A stretch of DNA of 46,737 nucleotides from an uncultured Sulfurovum sp. GTDB taxonomy: Bacteria; Campylobacterota; Campylobacteria; Campylobacterales; Sulfurovaceae. Made by a program: the position numbers and the translations under genes. This document shows positions 37,181 through 46,737 of this stretch, piece by piece (within the stretch, counting starts at the first letter, position 1; every line of letters begins with the position of its first letter). A model generated the notes under the pieces. The model made no database searches. It had not been told where the DNA came from and saw only the letters and a program-made list of their open reading frames with translations. Location: assembly GCA_964514765.1 (NCBI GenBank), contig CAZEUM010000001.1:1-46737 (forward strand), read 5' to 3'.

Positions 37181-40100
37181 TTTTTTCCTTTGTAAGTCTT
37201 TCTTTTAATTGTTCAAGTACTACAAAAAGTATAGGAGTTAAGAGAAATGTTAACAGCGTTGACATCAACATGCCACCAAATACAGCAGTACCTAAAGACT
37301 GCCTTGATGCTGCACCTGCTCCTGATGCAAATACCAAAGGTAAGATACCCAGTAAAAAGGAAAAAACGGTCATCAAGATGGCACGTAAACGTAAGATGGA
37401 TGCTTTGACGGCAGATTCAACTATGCTTTCTCCAGCTTCTCTTAACTCTTTGGCAAACTCTACGATGAGTATGGCATTTTTAGTGGACATTCCTATAAGT
37501 AAAACCAATCCTATTTGTGTATAGGTGTTGTTTAAGAGTCCTGCTAACATATTGGCTCCTAATGCTCCAAACATCACTATAGGAATTGGCAGCATGATTA
37601 TCATCGGTGTCATCCATGATTCATACTGTGCAGAGAGGAAAAGAAAGACCATGGCTAAACAGAGTATAAAAATGTACATAGCCGCATTTCCTGCTTCTTT
37701 TTCCTGTAAAGTAATACCTGAATATGCAAATCTTATAGTTGAGGGCAATACTTCTTTGGCTGTTTCTTCTATGGCTGCTATAGCATCTGAAGAGCTGTAT
37801 CCTTCTCGTATGTTATGCACACCATTAATAGCAATACTCTGATAAGCATTAAAATGCGTAATGGTGTTTGTACCAGAAGTGTTTTTGATGCGTGTTACTG
37901 TACTTAATGGTATCATCTCTCCTTGATTATTTTTTACAAAAAAAGATGAAATGTCATTTTTATTGGTTCTGTAATATTCCTCTGCTTGTATAAATACCCT
38001 GTAGGTTTTACCAAACTTGTTAAAGTCATTGACATAAAAAGAACCCAAATAGGTTTGTAGTACAGAAAAAACATCATCGAGTTTAAGCCCAAGAGAAAAG
38101 ACTTTGTCTCTGTCTATGTCTACATAAAGTTGTGGATAATTCGCATTAAACATGGTGTATGCCATCATAATACGTTTGTCTTCATTAAGTTTTTTTAAAA
38201 ATGTTCTGGCTTCTTTTTCAAATGCAATTAGTGGCATGTCATTTAAGTTTTGAAGCTTAAACTCAAACCCACCAACAGCAGAAAGCCCAGGAATAGAGGA
38301 GGGAGAAAAAATCCGTACATCCGCTGCATGTATTTTTTCTTTTGTCTCATCTTGCATTTTTTTTATTATATACTTAATGTTTGTTTGATCTGTTATTCTC
38401 TCTTCCCAATTATCAAGCGCTATAAACAGTGTTGACGTTGAAGAATCTATGGAGCCTACTATAAGATTAAAGCCATTAATGGCTGTCACGTCAGCAACAC
38501 CCTCTGTTTGCTTGATGATATCAACTACCTCTTGGGTTTGTTTTTCTATTCTTTGAAGTGTGCTACCTGGTTCCATAGAAACAGTAGCGATGAGTGAACC
38601 TTGGTCTTCATTTGGCAAAAACCCTGTGGGTAAAACCGTAAATACGGCATAGGTACCTGCTAGTAAAAGACCATAAAGTATAAGGACTAAATACCAAGAT
38701 TTAATCAGCATACGGAGTACTTTTTCATAGCCTCTTTTAAGGGACTCTAATCCAGTGTTAAATTTCCTAAAAAATACATTTTTATCTTCTTCTTTTGTAC
38801 GCCTCAATATACTCCCTGCTAAAGCAGGAGATAGTGTAAGTGCTGTGATGCTTGAAATGAGTACTGCAAACGCTATGGTCATGGCAAACTGTCGATACAA
38901 AGCCCCTGAAATACCAGGGATGAAGGTCACTGGTACAAATACAGCCAACAAAACCAATGTAGTAGAGATAATAGGGGCAAACATCTCTTTCATCGCTTCT
39001 GATGTTGCTTCTTTCAATGTGATATTTGGATTTTTAGCTAAATTACTTTCTACATTTTCTACCACCAAAATAGCATCATCTATCACAATACCTATGGCAA
39101 GTATGAGCCCAAAAAGTGTCAGAGTGTTGATGGAAAACCCTGCGAGCAGTAAAATGGCAAATGTTCCTATGAGTGAAACAGGGATAGCAAGAGCAGGGAT
39201 AATGGTTGCCCTAAAAGACTGCAAGAAGATAAAAACAACCAAGAGTACAAGAATCAAGGCTTGAATCAAGGTAATCACCACTTCCCTAATGGAGACTTCA
39301 ACAAACTTAGTGGTGTCATAAGTAGGTTTTACTTGTATCTCTTTTGGGAAACGTTTTTTTAGTTGTTCTATTTTTGCTTGTACCTTTTGTGCCACAGCCA
39401 AAGCATTTGCATTGGGAAGTTGATAGATAGCAAGAAGTGCAGCGTCTGAATTGTTTAATGTTCCTGACCAAGTGTAGCTTTCTGCCCCTAACTCCACACG
39501 TGCAATATCTTTAATACGTACTTTAGAACCATCATCATTTTCACGAATGACTATTTTTTCAAAGTCTTTACTTGAATCTAATCGTGTTTTGGAAACAAGT
39601 GTATATTGAAACTTATTTTGTTGAGAAAGACTTGTATCACCTATGGTTCCCAGAGCTACTTGTAAGTTTTGTTCTCGTACTGCTTGGATGACTTCATTAA
39701 TGGTTACATCCAAGGCAGAGAGTCTATCGGGGCTGAGCCATATACGCATGGCATATTTACGTTCTCCCATATTTCGCACATCACCTACACCATCAATACG
39801 TTTTAGCTCTTCCATAATGTTCAAAGAGGCGAAATTTGATAAAAACAGTGAATCATGCTGTGGGTTACTGGAAGTGACTGCCAGCACTTGCAACATAGAA
39901 GAAGATACTTTTTTTGTACTTACACCTTTTTTCTTTACTTCTTCTGGAAGTACTGGAGTCGCTAAGGCAACTCTATTTTGCACATCAACTGCTGCGATAT
40001 CCAAGTCATGCCCTAATTCAAAAAAAATGCTTACAGTGGAACTACCATCAGAAGCTGAGATAGAGTTCATGTATATCATCCCCTCAATACCATTGAGTTG

Positions 40101-40304
40101 TTCTTCTATAGGTAAGGTTACTGCTTTTTCAACGACAGAGGCACTAGCACCCGTATAATTTGCTTGTACCTTTACAGAAGGAGGCACAATTTTAGGGAAC
40201 TGGGCGATAGGCAGTTGCATCATTGCAATGCTACCCATAAGAACTATAAAAATAGCAATGACTTTCGCAACAATGGGACGACGTATAAAAAAGAGTGAAA
40301 ACAT
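37170..40304 (-). CDS. HAE1 (AcrB/MexF-type) RND efflux permease
   Basis: FIRRP, GIVIDDAILVVEN, KNAILIVEFA and RLRAILMT proton-relay motifs. Confidence 0.95.
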   Translation of the reverse strand: MFSLFFIRRPIVAKVIAIFIVLMGSIAMMQLPIAQFPKIVPPSVKVQANYTGASASVVEKAVTLPIEEQLNGIEGMIYMNSISASDGSSTVSIFFELGHDLDIAAVDVQNRVALATPVLPEEVKKKGVSTKKVSSSMLQVLAVTSSNPQHDSLFLSNFASLNIMEELKRIDGVGDVRNMGERKYAMRIWLSPDRLSALDVTINEVIQAVREQNLQVALGTIGDTSLSQQNKFQYTLVSKTRLDSSKDFEKIVIRENDDGSKVRIKDIARVELGAESYTWSGTLNNSDAALLAIYQLPNANALAVAQKVQAKIEQLKKRFPKEIQVKPTYDTTKFVEVSIREVVITLIQALILVLLVVFIFLQSFRATIIPALAIPVSLIGTFAILLLAGFSINTLTLFGLILAIGIVIDDAILVVENVESNLAKNPNITLKEATSEAMKEMFAPIISTTLVLLAVFVPVTFIPGISGALYRQFAMTIAFAVLISSITALTLSPALAGSILRRTKEEDKNVFFRKFNTGLESLKRGYEKVLRMLIKSWYLVLILYGLLLAGTYAVFTVLPTGFLPNEDQGSLIATVSMEPGSTLQRIEKQTQEVVDIIKQTEGVADVTAINGFNLIVGSIDSSTSTLFIALDNWEERITDQTNIKYIIKKMQDETKEKIHAADVRIFSPSSIPGLSAVGGFEFKLQNLNDMPLIAFEKEARTFLKKLNEDKRIMMAYTMFNANYPQLYVDIDRDKVFSLGLKLDDVFSVLQTYLGSFYVNDFNKFGKTYRVFIQAEEYYRTNKNDISSFFVKNNQGEMIPLSTVTRIKNTSGTNTITHFNAYQSIAINGVHNIREGYSSSDAIAAIEETAKEVLPSTIRFAYSGITLQEKEAGNAAMYIFILCLAMVFLFLSAQYESWMTPMIIMLPIPIVMFGALGANMLAGLLNNTYTQIGLVLLIGMSTKNAILIVEFAKELREAGESIVESAVKASILRLRAILMTVFSFLLGILPLVFASGAGAASRQSLGTAVFGGMLMSTLLTFLLTPILFVVLEQLKERLTKEKNAY

Positions 40305-40313
40305 TAATGCACC

Positions 40314-41447
40314 TTACTTTGTGATAGGGTTAGCTACTTCTGCAGGCAAGACAAGAAGCCCAGTATGTAAACCTTTAATGGTTTCCACTACTATTTTTTC
40401 ACCTTCTTTTAAACCTTCACTGATGATAACTAGGTCATTATTGGCGTAAGAGCTATATATTTGCCTGGTCTCAATAGTATTATTGCTGTCGACCACAAAA
40501 ACATATTGTCCTTGTTGGTTTTGAAACAATTGGTCAGGATGTACAGCTAAAACAGGTATTTTATCACTTACAAACAAGTCTAGTTCTACAAAAGTTCCTG
40601 GAAATAAGACCTTGTCTTTATTGGCTATTTTAGCTCTCATAGCTACTGTTCCTGTTGAAGTGTTACTCACGTTATCTATAAAATCTATGTGACCTAAGAC
40701 TTCAATGCCTAAACGTTTTTCCCCGCGTAAGGTCACTTTTACTTTAGGTTGTGCTTGGGATTTGTATTTTTGTATGAGTGCTACTTCATTGGCAGAGGGG
40801 TTAATATTGACATATAAAAAGTCTGTTTGTACAATTTTAGCTAACTGAGTACCTGCTTTTACTGTATTGCCTACGCCTACAAGCACAAGTTCTTTTCCTA
40901 TCTGCCCATCTATACTTGCTCTAACATTAGAATACTCAAGGTTAAGTGCAACTGATGCAATGGACGCAATGTCTGCTTTAATAGTTGCTTCTAATTGCTT
41001 TTGAGTGGCAAGTAATTCATCGAGTTTTTCTCTTGTGGCTAATTGTTCTTTTACTAAAGGTGCATATCTTTTCACATTAGCAATAGCCAAGTTTAAACTG
41101 GCTTTATCTTTTTCTAAAATAGCATTTTTTTCATCCCACACAGCCTGATACTCACGCTTGTCTATTTGAAACAGTATCTGGTTTTTTTTTACTCTGTCCC
41201 CTGGTGTAAAAAGACGTTTTTCTATCTCTCCTGTGACACGAGAGATGACCATCACTTCATCAACTGCTTGTGTTTTTCCTGAAAAACTTACCCATATAGG
41301 ATAAGCCTCTTCTTTTAAAGTATGGACATTAACAGGTATAGGTTTTTTCTTTTTTACAATCACTTTTTCTTGTTTTTTATCACATGCTAGAAGAAAAAAC
41401 AATACAGTAAATGAGGAGAGTAAAAATAATAACTTTTTTAAAAACAA
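40314..41447 (-). CDS. RND periplasmic adaptor lipoprotein
   Basis: Lipobox LLAC, RVTG..F.PG..V, VRASIDG, STGTV.MRA and LFPG.FV. Confidence 0.92.
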   Translation of the reverse strand: MFLKKLLFLLSSFTVLFFLLACDKKQEKVIVKKKKPIPVNVHTLKEEAYPIWVSFSGKTQAVDEVMVISRVTGEIEKRLFTPGDRVKKNQILFQIDKREYQAVWDEKNAILEKDKASLNLAIANVKRYAPLVKEQLATREKLDELLATQKQLEATIKADIASIASVALNLEYSNVRASIDGQIGKELVLVGVGNTVKAGTQLAKIVQTDFLYVNINPSANEVALIQKYKSQAQPKVKVTLRGEKRLGIEVLGHIDFIDNVSNTSTGTVAMRAKIANKDKVLFPGTFVELDLFVSDKIPVLAVHPDQLFQNQQGQYVFVVDSNNTIETRQIYSSYANNDLVIISEGLKEGEKIVVETIKGLHTGLLVLPAEVANPITK

Positions 41448-41473
41448 TATATTTTCCTTTTAGTAGTGAGACT

Positions 41474-41499
41474 AAGTGCTTGATTAGATTATAGCACTT
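41474..41499 (-). promoter_or_regulatory. Extended -10 promoter inside an inverted repeat (possible operator)
   Basis: Minus-strand TGCTATAAT within AAGTGCT-12-AGCACTT. Confidence 0.5.
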
Positions 41500-41527
41500 T
41501 AAAAATAAAAATCTCTACAGCAATAGG

Positions 41528-42229
41528 TTAATCCATACTGTGAATAAAGTTATCATACTCTTCATCTAAGTCATGGTCTTTTTTCTTGATTTCATCTTTT
41601 TTATATCTTGGTAAAGCGTCTTCTAGTACCTCAATACGTTTAATCAAGTATTCAAAAATTTCTTTATTAACATCTGGCATGATGTCGTGGCTTAGACGAG
41701 AAGTCTGTCTCTCGCACTGTAATACACGTGCAGGTATGCCTATGGCTGTTGCAGAAAAAGGAACATTTTTAACCACAACAGAGTTGGCACCTATCTTCGC
41801 ATTGTCGCCTACAAAGATGTTTCCAAGTACTTTTGCACCTGCACCAATGACTACATTATTGCCTATGGTAGGGTGACGTTTGCCTTTAGAAGTATTTACT
41901 CCTCCAAGTGTTACTTGCTGATAGATGACAACATCGTTACCGATGATAGTTGTCTCACCAATAACCACACCTACCCCATGGTCTATAAATACCCTACGTC
42001 CAATAGTGGCTGCGGGGTGTATGTCAATCATGGTGAAAAACATACCAAATGCAGAAATGAACCTAGGGATGAAGCGTAATCCTTTCTTGTGTATAGCATG
42101 AGCAAAACGATGAAAGAAAAGTGCCCAAAGACCGGGGTAGTTAAAAAAAAGTTCAAAAGATGAGTTTAATGCGGGGTCATTTTTCTTAACATTTGAAAAG
42201 TCCTCTTTTATAAGAGTAAATATATTCAC
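41528..42229 (-). CDS. cysE: Serine O-acetyltransferase
   Basis: DPA, YPGL, IDIHPAA.IGRRVFIDHG.GVVIGET and KRHPT. Confidence 0.96.
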   Translation of the reverse strand: MNIFTLIKEDFSNVKKNDPALNSSFELFFNYPGLWALFFHRFAHAIHKKGLRFIPRFISAFGMFFTMIDIHPAATIGRRVFIDHGVGVVIGETTIIGNDVVIYQQVTLGGVNTSKGKRHPTIGNNVVIGAGAKVLGNIFVGDNAKIGANSVVVKNVPFSATAIGIPARVLQCERQTSRLSHDIMPDVNKEIFEYLIKRIEVLEDALPRYKKDEIKKKDHDLDEEYDNFIHSMD

Positions 42230-42234
42230 GTTTG

Positions 42235-44112
42235 TTATCCTTGGGGTGCAATATTTTCATTAGATGCTTGAATCGTTTTAAGATAGCTATTTTCACTTAA
42301 ATAGAGGGTTAGTTTAGCTAAAATTTCTCTTTTCTCGTCTTGATTCATATGTTTTGACGCTTCAATACGGTATTTTAGTGTCCTATTCATACTATTGCTG
42401 TCATAATCTAGGTCATCAAGTACATCCATGAGGTTTTGTGCTTCTATGAGGTTTTCAATGATGTATTTTCCTTCATTATCAAAACTAATGACAGCTTCAG
42501 TAGGATGGGTAAAAAGATTATGTTTCATACCCAAAACCTCTTGGTAGGCACCTGTAAGGAAAAACCCTAGAAAATACTCTTCTTTACTCACATCAATGTC
42601 ATGTAAGTAGAGTGGTAGCTCAGGATTAAACCCTATTTCACCATCAGAATCACAGGTGATATCCCAAATGCTAGCAGAGTTACTAGGTGTTTCATCAAGT
42701 CTATCTAGTGGCATGATGGGAAAGTGCTGTGCCAAACCCCAAAAATCGGGCAAGGATTGGAAAGCAGAGAAGTTGACCAAGTATTTTTCTTGTATACGGT
42801 TTTGAAGTTTTTTGAGTTTATTTGTATCTTTATTTTGTAAAAGTGAAATGGCTTTTTTAATGATAAGGTTGACCAATATTTCTGTATTGGAACGGTCTTC
42901 AAGGTCTATGTACCCTAGGTCAAAGAGTGTGAGTAGACTTTCCATATGGTCTAGGGCATCATGTAAGTATTCCCTTGCATGTTTAGGGGACATGGAGCTA
43001 TAGAGGTCGTGTAACTCTTCTACGAGAGGAGGATTTTTCTTTTTAAGACGAAGCCCCTTTTCATTGTATTCTTGTGAAAAAAGCTCTAAGACAGGGGCAA
43101 TTAGTACAGAATGTGAAGCTGCAATGTAACGCCCTGATTCTGTAAAAATATCAGGCTCTGACACGCCTTTACTTTTGGCTATCTCTTGCATGAGGTAGAC
43201 CACGTCATTGGCAAATTCTTGTAGTGAATAATTACGTTCTTGTTTTCCCTCATGTTGGCTATATTCTACTGCTAAACCACCACCTATGTTAATGGCACCA
43301 AGTGCAGTTGCCCCACGTTTTTTTAGTTCAGCATAAATGTTTCCTGCTTCACGCAGGGCTTTTTTGAGTGGTGCGATGTCTCCCATTTGGGAACCTATGT
43401 GAAAATGTATCATCCAAAGGTGCTTGAGTAAGTGATATTTTTTAAGCATTTCATAGGCTTCTAGGAGTTCTGTTGATGTAAGACCAAATTTAGAAGAGTA
43501 GCCACCACTCTTAGCCCAAATGCCAATGCCAGAACTATGTAAACGTATACGCATACCAATTTTAGGTGTTAAGGGTTGTTTTGTATCTTTATTAAACTCT
43601 TTATTGACTTCTATAATGGTTTGAAGTTCTCCCAGACCTTCTATGGTAATAGTAATGTTATGCCCCATTTTTACAGCGATGAAACACAAAGATATCATCT
43701 CCTTGTCTTTAAAGCCATTGACTGTAATAGGTGCACCAAGGGCCGTCTTTGTCATCGCAATAATAAGCTCTGCTTTACTTCCTGCTTCCAATCCATAATC
43801 ATAAGTAGAAGAAACTTGCATCAAAGCAGAAATAAAGTTTGGATATTGGTTTACCTTGAGTGGGAAAACAGCGCAAAAGTTGCCTGTATAGTTGAACTCT
43901 TTTTTTGCTTTTTCAAAGCTACAAAAAAGTGTAGAAATTTGTTTTTCTATTAAGTGAGGGAAACGCAAAAGAAGAGGACCTTTGTAGCCTTTTTCACGCA
44001 TATCTTGGGTAATCTGAAGTAGGGAAGGTTGAGAGCTATGGTTAATATTAATGGTATCATTAGAGATAAAAAAGTTTCTATCTCCCCAAATATTCAAACC
44101 AAAGTCTTTCAT
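42235..44112 (-). CDS. speA: Biosynthetic arginine decarboxylase
   Basis: FPLKVNQ (PLP Lys), GLEAGSKAEL, HFHIGSQ, ESGR, FQSLPDFW and DITCDSDG. Confidence 0.96.
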   Translation of the reverse strand: MKDFGLNIWGDRNFFISNDTININHSSQPSLLQITQDMREKGYKGPLLLRFPHLIEKQISTLFCSFEKAKKEFNYTGNFCAVFPLKVNQYPNFISALMQVSSTYDYGLEAGSKAELIIAMTKTALGAPITVNGFKDKEMISLCFIAVKMGHNITITIEGLGELQTIIEVNKEFNKDTKQPLTPKIGMRIRLHSSGIGIWAKSGGYSSKFGLTSTELLEAYEMLKKYHLLKHLWMIHFHIGSQMGDIAPLKKALREAGNIYAELKKRGATALGAINIGGGLAVEYSQHEGKQERNYSLQEFANDVVYLMQEIAKSKGVSEPDIFTESGRYIAASHSVLIAPVLELFSQEYNEKGLRLKKKNPPLVEELHDLYSSMSPKHAREYLHDALDHMESLLTLFDLGYIDLEDRSNTEILVNLIIKKAISLLQNKDTNKLKKLQNRIQEKYLVNFSAFQSLPDFWGLAQHFPIMPLDRLDETPSNSASIWDITCDSDGEIGFNPELPLYLHDIDVSKEEYFLGFFLTGAYQEVLGMKHNLFTHPTEAVISFDNEGKYIIENLIEAQNLMDVLDDLDYDSNSMNRTLKYRIEASKHMNQDEKREILAKLTLYLSENSYLKTIQASNENIAPQG

Positions 44113-44374
44113 GTATATTTCCTAGGGTATTTACTTATTTGTATTATATCAAAAATTTAGCTTCCTTCTAAAAAACTATGGGTAAACTTCCTTAAACCAT
44201 AACCAATCCCCCCAACTAAAACCCAATTTGCACCCAATTTACCACTGTGAAATACAGCTAAAAAATATTCATATTTTTTGAAAAATACTAAGACTAAAAT
44301 ACTATTTTCTATCAAAAAGGAAGAAGAATTAAAAGACTTAAGTTATGAGGAGTTATTAGAGATCCCCCCCCGAA

Positions 44375-44637
44375 GAAAGTTTTGACACTCTTTTAACAAA
44401 ACCTCTTATCAAACAAAGTAAAACATATAAGAAGATAAAATCACTTACTAAGTCAAGGCATAAAATATTTATATTCTTATTAATGAGAATATACCACCTA
44501 ATAACAATGTGAGCAAAATAGATATTAGAAATGTCAAGGTAAAGCTAAAAGTCTCTGGACAATTTAAAATCTATTATTGATACTTCCAGAAAAAGAAGCT
44601 TGAATGAATTTGAATCTTTGCTTGCTGTATCTAAGGG
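44375..44637 (+). mobile_element. IS66-family transposase (TnpC) C-terminal remnant
   Basis: Frameshifted pieces IFIFL/NENIPPNNNVSKIDIRNVKVKLKVSGQFK/SIIDTSRKRSLNEFESL. Confidence 0.75.
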
Positions 44638-44990
44638 TAATTGTGTGTTTTGGTTGGGGGGTGATTGGTTGCGACTTTACAATTTAAATATCTAATATAC
44701 ATATTGTCCATATCACTGTGAAATCTTATAGTTATATTTTTAAATTTATTTTGTGAATGAATCCAAATGTTATCTTTTCCATATAGATAATAAAGCTTGA
44801 TTGGTTTCCCTTTTTTATCTACTGTGCTTCCTTTCCATACCCCATCATATTTTCTTCCATTGATACTTACTTTGATTACATAATCACCATCAGTTTTTAT
44901 TGCTACAGAAGTATAATCACCCTTGCAAACAAACATAGATGCTGAGAGTATTGAAGATAGTGCCAATACTATAAATATATTTTTTTTCAT
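44631..44990 (-). CDS. Small secreted hypothetical protein
   Basis: SD GAAGGG, signal peptide MKKNIFIVLALSSILSA, two Cys and a beta-rich pattern. Confidence 0.7.
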   Translation of the reverse strand: MKKNIFIVLALSSILSASMFVCKGDYTSVAIKTDGDYVIKVSINGRKYDGVWKGSTVDKKGKPIKLYYLYGKDNIWIHSQNKFKNITIRFHSDMDNMYIRYLNCKVATNHPPTKTHNYP

Positions 44991-45396
44991 TATTTTCCCT
45001 TCATATTAAGATAACTGGAGTATAGCAAAGTTCAAGAAAAACTACCTTTTTCATAAAGTATCTATCTTTATGAATTCTAGTGATTCATTGTGAATAAACT
45101 AACCCTAAAAAATCTATACCCAATCACAGAATAACTGTAATTCCTCTATAATTAGGTACGTAAAAGGAAGTAGCCATCCCAAATTCTTTCATCCATTTGC
45201 TGTAACTTTTTCCATGTTCAACACAGGAAGTAATATGACAAACCGTATTAAATTTCAATATATTATCCACGAATGCGTGTAGATTATACCAACATGGTAT
45301 CCATCTAAAGAAGATGGATATAATATTTCCAAGATTTCTTAAACTACTAAAAAGTCAAATAGAATTTTAAATCAAAGACAGACTTTCTTTAAAAAT

Positions 45397-45447
45397 AATC
45401 TTCATAAGTTAGCACAAAAAGATTGTGATGCAAGATGGACAAAAAAA
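45397..45447 (+). mobile_element. IS5-family transposase central fragment
   Basis: NLHKLAQKDCDARWTKK matches the IS5 QKDxDARWTKK motif. Confidence 0.7.
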
Positions 45448-45843
45448 CAATCAATTAGAGTATTAGATATTAAGAAATAAATGGATACGTATATGAGTAA
45501 AATGGGAAATAACTTAAACATAAATCAACTGCTTGGAAATCTAAATAAAAGTAAAACACATAAGCAGATTAGCAGTAGTGGCTGGATGAAATTAAAAGGT
45601 GCGGGCTTTTGTGTATTTGAAAAATTGGTATGTTTAATTGGTACCGTAATTAGGTATCACAAAGTTTATCCACGCCTATTGTTTCAAGATATTCTCCAAA
45701 TATAATCTCTCTAAATCTTGATGCAAGTCTCTTATGTGTCACCTGATGGGTGATAACAAAAAGTGGCACTTTCGTTCTTCTTTTATCGTATTATACGGTA
45801 CTTATTCTTATTTTGGTATTTTGGTATTTGCGTAGTATTCCCA

Positions 45844-46392
45844 TTATTCCTCAATATCTTTCTTTATTACCAAAGTGGTTCGTATTTGTTTTGGCATGTA
45901 GTACTTAAACTGTTTTGGCTGTATAAAGAAATCTACATTCCCACACTTTTCACCAATCTCATTCCAAGATTCAATATCTAAATTAATTGCTAGCACACCC
46001 AAAGTAGGCAATTTAGAAAAATTATCTTCTATTAAAAAGTTTGCAAATTCTGTTAACTCTGGATTATGTCCTATAAGAAATATAGTCTCATAGCTATCAT
46101 CTTGCAAGGTTAACACATTCATTAGCACTTCAGGACGTGAATTATAAAGTTCTTCCATATAATGTATGCGTCCCTCATAGCCTATTTTTTTAGCCAGTTG
46201 GTCTGCTGTTGTTTGTGCCCTTAAAGCAAGGCTTGCTAACATTAAGTCTGGTGTCAACTGTTGCAAGGACATGTATGAAGAAATAGTATCAAGATCTTTA
46301 TGTCCACGTTTTTTTAAGCCTCTTTCAAAATCACTAAGTGAGCCATCACTCCAGTCAGACTTAGCATGGCGAATCAGATATAAAGTTTTCAT
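45844..46392 (-). CDS. SixA-like histidine phosphatase
   Basis: LIRHAKS, DFERGL..RG, RAQTTA, LIGHNP and PT motifs. Confidence 0.92.
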   Translation of the reverse strand: MKTLYLIRHAKSDWSDGSLSDFERGLKKRGHKDLDTISSYMSLQQLTPDLMLASLALRAQTTADQLAKKIGYEGRIHYMEELYNSRPEVLMNVLTLQDDSYETIFLIGHNPELTEFANFLIEDNFSKLPTLGVLAINLDIESWNEIGEKCGNVDFFIQPKQFKYYMPKQIRTTLVIKKDIEE

Positions 46393-46471
46393 AATAAATT
46401 CCTAAAATTAAATATTCAAACGAACCCAATCAGATATTGAGTTCTATTGAAAATTCAAAGCCAATATTGCA

Positions 46472-46735
46472 TTAAAGCTCAGCCATAGCTTTAGACATGT
46501 TTTGTACAGTTTTCTCCATAATCATCTTACCAAGAGCAACATTACCATCGTCTCTAAAAATGGCAAAGGTAGTTAACTTTGAAAAGTTATCTCCTCTTGC
46601 ATCACCTGAAGAGTTTACTAAAAATACATGTCCATCTTCTGTTCTAGCTTCAACCAAAGAAGCTTCTGCAAAGCCAACATCTAGTGAAGACTCAGAAATC
46701 ATTCTAAAAGCATCATTAAAAATACTTGCAGAATA
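46472..46735 (-). CDS. Roadblock/LC7-like protein, C-terminal part (5' truncated)
   Basis: Frame is open to the window edge. Helix-strands-helix pattern ending GNVALGKMIMEK. Confidence 0.5.
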   Translation of the reverse strand, partial: YSASIFNDAFRMISESSLDVGFAEASLVEARTEDGHVFLVNSSGDARGDNFSKLTTFAIFRDDGNVALGKMIMEKTVQNMSKAMAEL

Positions 46736-46737
46736 TG

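Noticed and set aside
69-43953. Numerous antisense or overlapping ORFs in the track (e.g. 69-404, 4269-4811, 38755-39264, 39643-40158)
   Set aside because: Shadows of well-supported genes on the opposite strand, with no motifs or SD sites.
45155-45217. Minus-strand WDGYFLLRT resembling an IS1634/IS4 transposase
   Set aside because: Single short motif; plausible debris but not supportable as a feature.
45481-45705. 74-aa ORF in the degraded region
   Set aside because: No SD or recognisable motif; likely a remnant.

Overview
AT-rich chromosomal window from a Campylobacterota bacterium, most like Sulfurovum/Sulfurimonas (inferred from the HsrA-like regulator, CcsBA fusion, c553, futalosine-pathway deaminase and TATAAT promoters with upstream TTTAAG). 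The coding content is mostly housekeeping or metal/redox genes. These are a DEAD-box helicase tail, a frameshifted diheme cytochrome c peroxidase, a nucleotidyltransferase, DUF6671-Sua5, CcsBA, a Fur-box-controlled DUF2325/ankyrin/flavodoxin cluster with an atypical Fur paralog, cmoB, cyclophilin, RluA, MOSC, hemerythrin, mqnF, sppA, a DUF4395-Rrf2-Cys/Met lyase operon, a CusCBA-type pump with Cys-motif peptides, a Ni-transporter-hypBCDE-hypX operon, an HAE1 RND pump, cysE, speA and SixA. Most large intergenic gaps hold eroded IS fragments (IS5, IS1380, IS256, IS481, IS30, IS66). Four candidates for new biology stand out. (1) Two tandem, covarying structured RNA units with an anti-SD-like core lie behind their own Fur-boxed promoter inside the iron-starvation cluster (10468-10710). 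(2) An intact but catalytically degenerate IS1595-like protein is transcribed divergently from the hydrogenase-maturation operon and may be a domesticated regulator. (3) A structured leader with terminator and antiterminator precedes the sulfur amino-acid operon. (4) A MKCxxGKC metal-binding motif is repeated across the Cus locus. All family calls come from motif recognition by eye; no database searches were run.
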